DNA of 64,000 bases from Takakia lepidozioides (Eukaryota > Plantae > Bryophyta). The translations under genes were made by a program, and so were the position numbers. Shown in pieces: positions 56,001 to 64,000 of the stretch. Under the pieces are notes generated by a model that did not search any database, was not told where the DNA came from, and saw only the letters and a list, made by a program, of their open reading frames with translations. Within the stretch, counting starts at the first letter, position 1; each line of letters opens with the position of its first letter. Location of the stretch: positions 75,764,001-75,828,000 of the forward strand of contig CM060732.1 of NCBI GenBank assembly GCA_030704615.1, given 5' to 3'.

Positions 56001-59000
56001 AGGCCCCAAAAGGGCCTGGGCTTTTGGCTCAGCCTCGAGACTTTCAAAGTTGGTAAACAGAGGTACAGGCACAATTGCCTTGATAGACTTGAAGGGAGCG
56101 TCTGTCTGGTGAGAGAACCCCGGACAATGAATCAGAAAATGAATATTGTCTTCAGGTTGCCCACACAACGGGCAAGGAGAGAGAGAGATTGTACTCATAA
56201 GACGTTGTTTGCCGTAGCCTTGTGGCCATTGAGAGAGAGAGAGAGAGAGAGATATGATATACTCATTGATGTTCCCCGTCAAAATTGGTTGCGACATACC
56301 CTCAGGGGCCTAGTTGCTGCGGATACTGAACCGCCTGGAGGGTTTCATCCGACCTACAATGAGAAAGAAAGGAGGAAAGAAAGGAGCTTTAAAATATTTT
56401 TGGGACAAAAATGTGTAGCAAATGAAGGAAAGAAGGCAGTAGAACACACCTGGCTTAAATTTCTACGAATAGGGAGAGAGAGAGAGAGGGAGAGAACCTC
56501 TGTCATTTCCATCCACATGCTCTTAGCAGTGTACTCGCCGTCTTTACCAGAAACTAAGAAGGATGGGCAACTAGAGAGTGTTACGCCTCGTGTCTCCTTA
56601 GATGCAATTGCAAAAGTCACTGGACGACCTCCTCTGGCTGCAGTCCTGCATTTTTTACGACCTGATCCTTAAAGATCTGGGAGCATGCTGACAAAAAAGT
56701 TCTAGAATGATCATCCTCACCACTGTGCAAGCTAAAAATGTTTCTGCCAAAGTCAGCCAGTACTCGCCCAGATTACAATCCAACACTAGCTACTGACTCA
56801 GAGAAGGGTAAAACGTTGGCACAAATAAACGTCGACGAGGACGACTATTAGTAAGTGGAGTGCTGCTGTAACTAATGAACTGATGAAATATAACAAGTGC
56901 ATAGTATATGGACATAATCCCCGTGAAGCTCTCCTGCATGAGTAGGACTACCTCCCCATAGGCTGACACTAGGAATCCGCATGGAAAACCACAAAAGTGG
57001 CTACTAACATTCATATAAATAAAGATTAGCACTGTTTTTATTTTTGAAAGAACTGTCACCATCGCTGTTGCTATAGGAACACAGTACCAAGGTATCGTAG
57101 GATTGCTGTGTCAGAGGATTGCAAAGATGACAACAGAAGAATACAAATCTTAACAGTGATCAACAGATGCTTGAATTAGATCTGGCTAATCTGCCAATTG
57201 TATGTTTACTTAAGTCTCCTAGCAACAGCCGGTCTTCAGACAAAACTATCAAAACTGCAAGCTTCACAGAATGCATAGAGTTGACCGTATGCAAATTGAA
57301 GGCTTTAGAGTTGGCAGCATGCCTATGATGGAGGCGTACACCACGTACTCCATCCTCCTCTCTGGCATCCCCCAAAAATACAGAGATGTGGTAAGCCTTG
57401 GAAGTAGCCTTAATGGAAGATGATGTCAGTATTTTAACACACCAAAAGACAAAATATTACTCTTACCACTTTGCATCTTAATGATGCCATTTCAATAAAA
57501 GGATCCATCAAGTTCAGCAAAATAGTTTCAGCAAGCCACGCACAGAACCAGCCAGTATGGGCTTGTGCCGAGGCAACCAGTGCCTTCAATGTCTCATACT
57601 CTCCTATCAGTACGGGGAGGAGGGGATGCAAAAATGAAGAAAACTTCATTACATCTTGATACAGGATATAAGCTCGAGAATGGAAAAAGATAAAGAAATT
57701 ACACAAATGGCTCATTGAAATGTCCCCCGGTAAAGTGAGAGTTTCCACCAATTGAGTTCTGTCACAATACCCAGGGCCACAAAGACAGACACATTCAAAC
57801 ATATCAGAGTTTACTCTGGCCTTAGCAGTGCTTGTGCAGTATCACCCCTCTCCACACAAGTCAGAACCACAAAGGACCACAAATGACTATCCATACCCTC
57901 AGGCAGACAACAAGGAAGGGTACCAACTAGCAAATGCAGTTCTTTGAAGGAGTGCAGATCAGTTGTAAGTTGTAAATATAATCATGCCCCGCTGACACCT
58001 GCCCACCATGTGGATGGCAAGGGTGATCTATAACTGACATAACTCAGAGTCCGTGTATGGAAGCCACATACGAAAAGTACAGCGTGACTGGTGATAATTG
58101 AAGAAACACTCAAAAGATCACAATGTGCTCCAATCAAATAACTGAAGCTTCCCACATTTCTGACATCCCAGACAGCACACCAGCTTTTCTATCGTCAATG
58201 AGGACTGAGGAGTCACTTACAGCCCAAGTAAAAAGGAGGCTCACTTCCGCATTCTCTTTACCTGTATTGATTAACTGCAGAGAGAAGACCCAAAAAGATC
58301 AGAAAACTTGCATGGCCTACTAAGGTCTACTGGGTAAATTTTTTTAACAAGCTCCACACTCCAACGCATCCCTGGAGTATCCACAGAGGTGGGTCGCAAG
58401 GCATGTAATATTATTATGGGACAGCATGAAGTAACCTCTTACCACATAGGAAAACACACATGCTGGAAAGCTGCTTTCAGTATAATTGTGAGGTATGAAA
58501 GGGGATATTTGTCGACAGGAAATCTTCAAATCTGGGTCTGGCTCACCTGTATGACGGCAATGGGTAAGATTTCTCAATGACATTTAAACACTCAAAAGAC
58601 AGGCTTGAAGATAGTATATAAGCAAAGAAAAGCAGCAAAATGCCACATGTAAAATGGAAGTGGAGCATAACACTAGCACAAAAGACTCCCCATGTGTGCA
58701 GCTGCCGGGACAGAGAGAAGAGACACAGATTTAAGTCACAATAACTTCAGAGCAAACTACACTCTAGAATCTGAATTCCATTGGCCCTAGAAATCCTTTG
58801 ACCTGAAAGAAACAGTACCTTCATAAATTGTCCAAGCTCGTGGGAAAAGAGCATGGTATGTAGAGTGCTGACCATTCAGGTTCCAGTCCCAGGATGAGAT
58901 TCCTGACGCATCAACCTTTTTCCTGCCAAAACAGAATGTAGTAGAATCTCATGACACTACTGTAACCTTGGTTTTCAGCAAGACAAATCTCCTAGTGAAA

Positions 59001-61197
59001 GTACAAAGTGAGTCCATACAATGTTGGCAATGATGCCATCAATAACCGAGTTTCTATGTCCCTCACCCTTCAAGTTCTCGAGGACGACCAGGCGCAAGAA
59101 CGGATGAAATTTTCTTCTTAGCTCCACCATCCTTACCGCGAGTTACAAATACCTATGCCAATGTACAATGTCAGAATTGTTGGACAATGCAAACAGGTCA
59201 CAAAGGCCCTCCTGAATATCTACTCGTGCAAACTTGCAACCAACTTCAAACGTAACCCATTTGTAAGCTAACCAGAGGTATATCCACCTGTAGGGACTCC
59301 TGGGCAGACTCACATATCAAGCCACGTACACACAACTTTACAAGAAAAATTTCAGCAGCACAGGGGCCTGTTGTGTGGATAACTGTTCTAAAGGTGAATC
59401 ACGTACTGAGAACTGGTTGGCCAACACAGGGGCTTCCTCACAAACACCTGGGATTAGTTGCCATCGTCGAAAGTCCCCTCTAAACCCTCGGCCAATGCTT
59501 CCTCCTCTGCACAATTGATCAAGCAATGCATAAATTCCTGCCAGCCACTAGGCCTGATTTGGCACACCTGCTTCACTCTTGTCTTCAAATTTGTGATTGA
59601 AACAACATTGCCCATCATTGCATGCAGACAGATTCAACAAAGTTTGTCCCAAACAAGTATCCTAGGGCTGGCTCCTGAGCCCCTCTATACCAGATTTGTA
59701 TTGATGAGTGAAAGTTACTCTCTCTCTTGGGTAACAAGCAAAAAGAAACAACTAACACATCACTTGCAAGCACTGGTTCGGCAAAGTCATGAAGAGACAA
59801 AAACTCCTGGTTTAAGAGTTGTACTGACCCCATGCCACCAAGTGGTACCCCATGGCAGGCCAAGGGCTTTTCTCCTCGATTGAATGGATCCATGGGAGGA
59901 GCCTACAAAAAAAGTGAGTCAGATTGGAATTTGTATTCGTAACTTCTTCAAGTACTTAAGATAAAACCAGCTTAACAACAGGACTTGACATTCAGCCTCC
60001 ATGAGGATCTTTCCAGAAGCCGAGACTATAGCAACCAAATCCCAGACAAGCACCAATGGCATAGTTAGAGACACTTACTCAGATGAAACCACAAAACACT
60101 AGGTCCAAAACAGCTGCAACTTGACTTTGCACTAAGAATGTGGCAAGACTTGCTGCATATTGGGATCTCTCCACTTCATACTCAAAGTGAGGCCCACTCG
60201 ATTGACAATCTGTTGCTGATGCTGCGGAGATTCAAAAAGGAACAGAGGAGAAGATTTACCAGACCCTGTGAACGTTCTGCTTGAACATAAAACCACATAC
60301 GCAATCCCAGACCAAGCTGCAAATGCGATAGGCACTCACAGTGAGAAGAGATCCGAATTTGTCCACCACAAATTTTAGGCAGGATAAATCATCAATTTGC
60401 CTCTACAAACAAATTACACAAAGCATGATCACTGAAATTCTCACGCAGTCAGTGAGACAGGGTTGCATTGAGTGAGAATTGACTACCATTTTGAAGGCCT
60501 CCGTAAAGGTCACATTAAATTCTCTGAGAATATTAGCATGGCTATTGAGTTTGCGCCTCCATGCCTTCTCGGGGGGAGCACCAGGGTCATGGTCCAACTG
60601 TCAAAAACAAAGCAACGAGGTCGTAAGCAATGTATAAAGTGCCAAATGTGAACAATTCAATACATACACTACAAGACTGTGTTCTTGAGCAGCTCCCCAA
60701 CCCAGAGCCCTGCTGCCCAAATGTCTCTCATCATTCCCCTCTCCAGTTCAAACCAGTTCACATGCATGATAATCCCGTTCTTGGGAGAGGGACAGAACTG
60801 TGCCCATGTATTAGTTCCTAGCTTTCTGATTTTTGCACTGCCTATTTCAAAAGCTGGATCAACCTGTTTCAGCTGTCTTGCACATGAAAGTGACAACACA
60901 TGGTGTGTTCCAATGCACCTATGGCCCAAGGAAAATTAGAATGGAAATAGGGAGAAACTGGGTATGTTGATTTCATTCTCCCAGTCTGCAAAGTAAGAGG
61001 CCATCAGAAACTTGATATTTCCGGCAAAAAAATGGTCATTCGACTTCAAAGTTCATCAGTATAGCTACAGAAACAGCTTCAATTTGGAAGATTGTGAAGA
61101 ATACCAGTGCCAGGGTCGGCTTGTGGACGTAGTCAGCAAGAGGCCATGATGGCCTCCGGCCGTGGAAAGTCTTTCCCGTAATCCCATTAGAAGACAT
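50077..61197 (-). CDS. GBA2: Non-lysosomal glucosylceramidase (GH116, GBA2-like), ~20 coding exons; first coding exon 61197-61105, last ~50329-50077
   Basis: [114 protein letters not shown]...[14 protein letters not shown]; exons join in frame. Confidence 0.94.
55271..55370 (-). mobile_element. 5'-truncated LINE 3' end, copy 6 (diverged)
   Basis: ctcataagactttgtttgccatagccttgtggccatagaccctgcacccagttt..., a degenerate match to the family. Confidence 0.75.
55448..56231 (-). mobile_element. Three head-to-tail 5'-truncated LINE copies (55448-55779, 55787-56174, 56191-56231) in (GA)n context within a GBA2 intron
   Basis: Each begins gtactcat(a/g)agacgttgtttgcc on the plus strand; the middle copy encodes [19 protein letters not shown]...[11 protein letters not shown]; junctions are GA tracts. 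Confidence 0.88.
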
Positions 61198-63590
61198 GAT
61201 TTTCCTTTGGGAAGTAGACGTTCCTGCGACAACCTCTTTCAGATTATTCTGACGATGATAACCCTCTGGAGCAGCAGCGCGTTGTGATCTCTTTGGTGCA
61301 AATTAGACTCCATTCAATGATACAAGTACATCTACAAATACAGTACCCTCAATAGACAGGCACAGCCCCCCTAAGTCACGAAAGGCGGCAGCCATATCGC
61401 GCCCCTTCGTCGGTTCACACAGCTCTATGGTTCAATGCCAAAAAGCAACACTCAGAATAAGACAGTCTTGTCAAAGTCCTGAAAGCGTGCTCCAGGGATC
61501 TAAGCAGCTGTCAAGTGCCATAAGGGGTCATAAAGGGCTTATTCATGTATCTCTTCGATAAGTCAATGAATAATGTTAATAAACCGCTCCAACTGTTGCA
61601 AAGCTGAACTTAGGTTCTGCATTCTCATATCCGTCAGAAACATTCGTAATAAGTGCATGGAGTAGATTAAGCATTGGTATTCACCTTGATGCAGCAACAA
61701 AGCAGGTTATAGAGAAAGAAACCCTATGAGATCACGATCGTGATGATACATCATGACACAAAACAACAGTTCTACATACCAACGCACAGGTCGCACTTAC
61801 AATCTGCATTGCATATCTGCCGTGTAATTGGACGAGGACGCCGAATCAACACAGAGATTTTCATGGAGAGTTTTATACCGAGTTGGCAATCCTGAGACGG
61901 GCAAGCTCGCGAAGTTCCCACACACAGAATCATGTCTGATTCATTCACAAATCAATCATACAAATAAGTGGATCCCAACCAAATTCTCCAACCCCTTGCA
62001 CAAATGAGAGTCATTGACCACAAAAGCTCAAATCAAGCTTTTGGCTCAGCAAAGACTCTCCTCACTCCCTATGCTTAGGGGAGAGAGAAAGGCACGGAGA
62101 GAGAGAGAGAGAGAGCGAGAAAGAGTGAGTAAAAAATCCTTCACCATCAATCCGTATCTCCGAAGCTTCTAAAAAACAGAAAAAGTTGTACAGTCCAGGG
62201 TCAAGTCATGCTCTCAAGCTCTGGGCCTGCCAAGGACGACTACAGCACCCTGCATTGATGGCGATGGCAGACTAAAAGTGCAGAGGAGGTCACCAGTTCT
62301 CCAGGACCTTGCCACTCCGAAGCTCCCCACCCGCTGCACCACAGCTCTACCATACCCACCGGACAAACCGCACACGAACCGATGGACAAAAGTCTCCTCC
62401 CAAACTGGGATACTTTGTCCGGCGGACAACTGACCATTATGTTACCTATATCTACCACGTGTCGGAATACATCTCATCCAGGCAACCAAGATGGTCCACG
62501 TGTAATAGACAATAGTAATAAAACTGAGACTTCAGCCCTATTGGACCCTTTTGTTGGACGGTTAATATTTTTCATATTTTAATACATTTTTCAGAATCGG
62601 ACAACCCAATGCCTTTTCGGATGATCTACTGTTTGAAATTGCATCCCGTCTTCATCCGGACTTTGGCCCACTGGTATGGGCTCCTTTGTCAACTCCTCTG
62701 CTGTGGTCGAGAGGTCTGGGGTCAATCCCCTGTGGTGTCGTTGACCAATGTGTTCGTGCAGTGGAATAACCTTCAGGGAAGTAATGTCCAATTTCTCACA
62801 TTAAACTGTTTGGGGTTCAATTGAAGGCTTTTTGTGGAATATTTTGTTTCTAATAAGGAAAATTTCAAAATCTATCATTAGATGAATCTGGAGCCATGGA
62901 TCCCAGAAAATCCAACGGGTCGTTATCATGGCGAAAGTAGCGGGACGAAAAGTCAATCGCCAGAGTTTAGCCAATCGATGAATAAAATTCCTCATCCAGA
63001 TTCATGGATGACGGTACACATCGCGAGGGAAACGATGCCCTACTGGGCACATGCGGGTGCGGTTCCTGCGGCGCGGAAATGGAGGTACCCCCCTAATGCC
63101 GCGGAGCCGCCTACTTCGCCGCACACACCACTGACATGCTTTCATCGATACGAACCACGTTTCTCTACGTAAACTGATGCTCTATCAGGCTCTTTCCCCA
63201 GTGGACTTGTTCCTGCAACAGACTGCACATGAGGGGATCAGCCTGCATAGAGTATGGCAGCAGCTTGCAAGAATCTGTCTCGAAATGAGTGGGAGCATCC
63301 CCACAGAGTGACGAGGGAAAAAAGAAATGTTGGAAACAAACACATAAACAGATGTGACATCTCGGCTGGATCTGCAGAAATGCTGCGCAACAAAAAATAC
63401 GAAGGATGGCGCGCAGTGCCCACCCCATGCACTGACAACAGTCTCCATCTGCTATGGATAAACTTCTGCATTAACCAAGGCTTGAATAAGATTCCCTCTC
63501 CCATCCCTCCCAGATCCTGACTACTATTTTGGCTGCAGATGGGTTGATCATGTGGTAGAGGAAGACTAGTGAATGAAGATAAGTGCAAGA

Positions 63591-63794
63591 TCAAGCAGCC
63601 ACAGGGGCAGGAAGGGGCTGAAGGGCTTTAAGGGGATTAGAGATCACAGCATCGATGAGGCCGTACTCCTTCGCCTCCTTAGCACTCATAAAGAAATCCC
63701 GGTCCGTGTCCTGAACAATCTTCTCCAATGGCTGTCCCGTATGGTACGCCAAGTACCCATTCAAGTTTGCCTTGTGGTGCAAGATCTCGTTTGC
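63591..63794 (-). CDS. CLPP5: Last exon of the plastid ATP-dependent Clp protease proteolytic subunit 5 (gene continues beyond the window)
   Basis: [61 protein letters not shown], preceded by a TAG acceptor. Confidence 0.9.
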   Translation of the reverse strand, partial: ANEILHHKANLNGYLAYHTGQPLEKIVQDTDRDFFMSAKEAKEYGLIDAVISNPLKALQPLPAPVAA

Positions 63795-64000
63795 CTACAT
63801 CCCCATCACCAAACTTGCATCAAACACACCAGCTATTCTGCTTCCTCCCTTTACTGAAGAGATCTGCTCTTTTCCAATAAATTTTTGATGACTAGCCTTT
63901 ATGGTGAAGTTAGAAGGCCAGCTCCCGAAGGACTGATGAGAACAGAACAATTGATTTTCGCCACTGGGCTTAAGAACGGTCTGACACCAATTATGGCACA

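Noticed and set aside
4721-56297. Recurrent peptide [20 protein letters not shown] in many short ORFs, as a micropeptide family
   Set aside because: It is the translation of the LINE 3' UTR; copies are intronic, truncated and TSD-flanked, with no common start codon.

Overview
Gene-dense nuclear DNA from a land plant. The moss-like PLS-PPR, a full-length SS5, and introns mostly 0.1-1.5 kb long suggest a non-seed plant, but the species cannot be determined from the sequence. Protein genes, assembled by hand from splice sites: UBP22-like deubiquitinase (-), non-canonical starch synthase SS5 (-) head-to-head with WDR48/LRS1 (+), a SAUR with repeat-expanded N-terminus (-), a 20-motif PLS-PPR whose E2/DYW end has decayed (+), a YqgF/RuvX nuclease (+), intronless PRP6/STA1 (+), GBA2-type glucosylceramidase (-) and the last exon of CLPP5 (-). 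The region at about 39.3-49.5 kb is gene-poor, with nested DNA-transposon relics and an LRR-RLK kinase pseudogene. The two most striking elements are intronic. (1) A complete 428-bp miniature LTR retrotransposon (TRIM) with 5-bp TSD, Met-tRNA PBS and PPT, each of whose LTRs carries a tRNA cloverleaf (Cassandra/Helenus-like). (2) Nine 5'-truncated copies of a poly(A)-less LINE with a CCHC knuckle, a conserved structured 3' end, 9-15 bp TSDs and a tendency to insert at (GA/TC)n tracts. Also notable are G-rich rather than pyrimidine-rich 3' splice sites in several genes and a 32-bp TGTCTG-containing array in front of the SAUR. Exon coordinates were counted by eye and may be off by a few bases.
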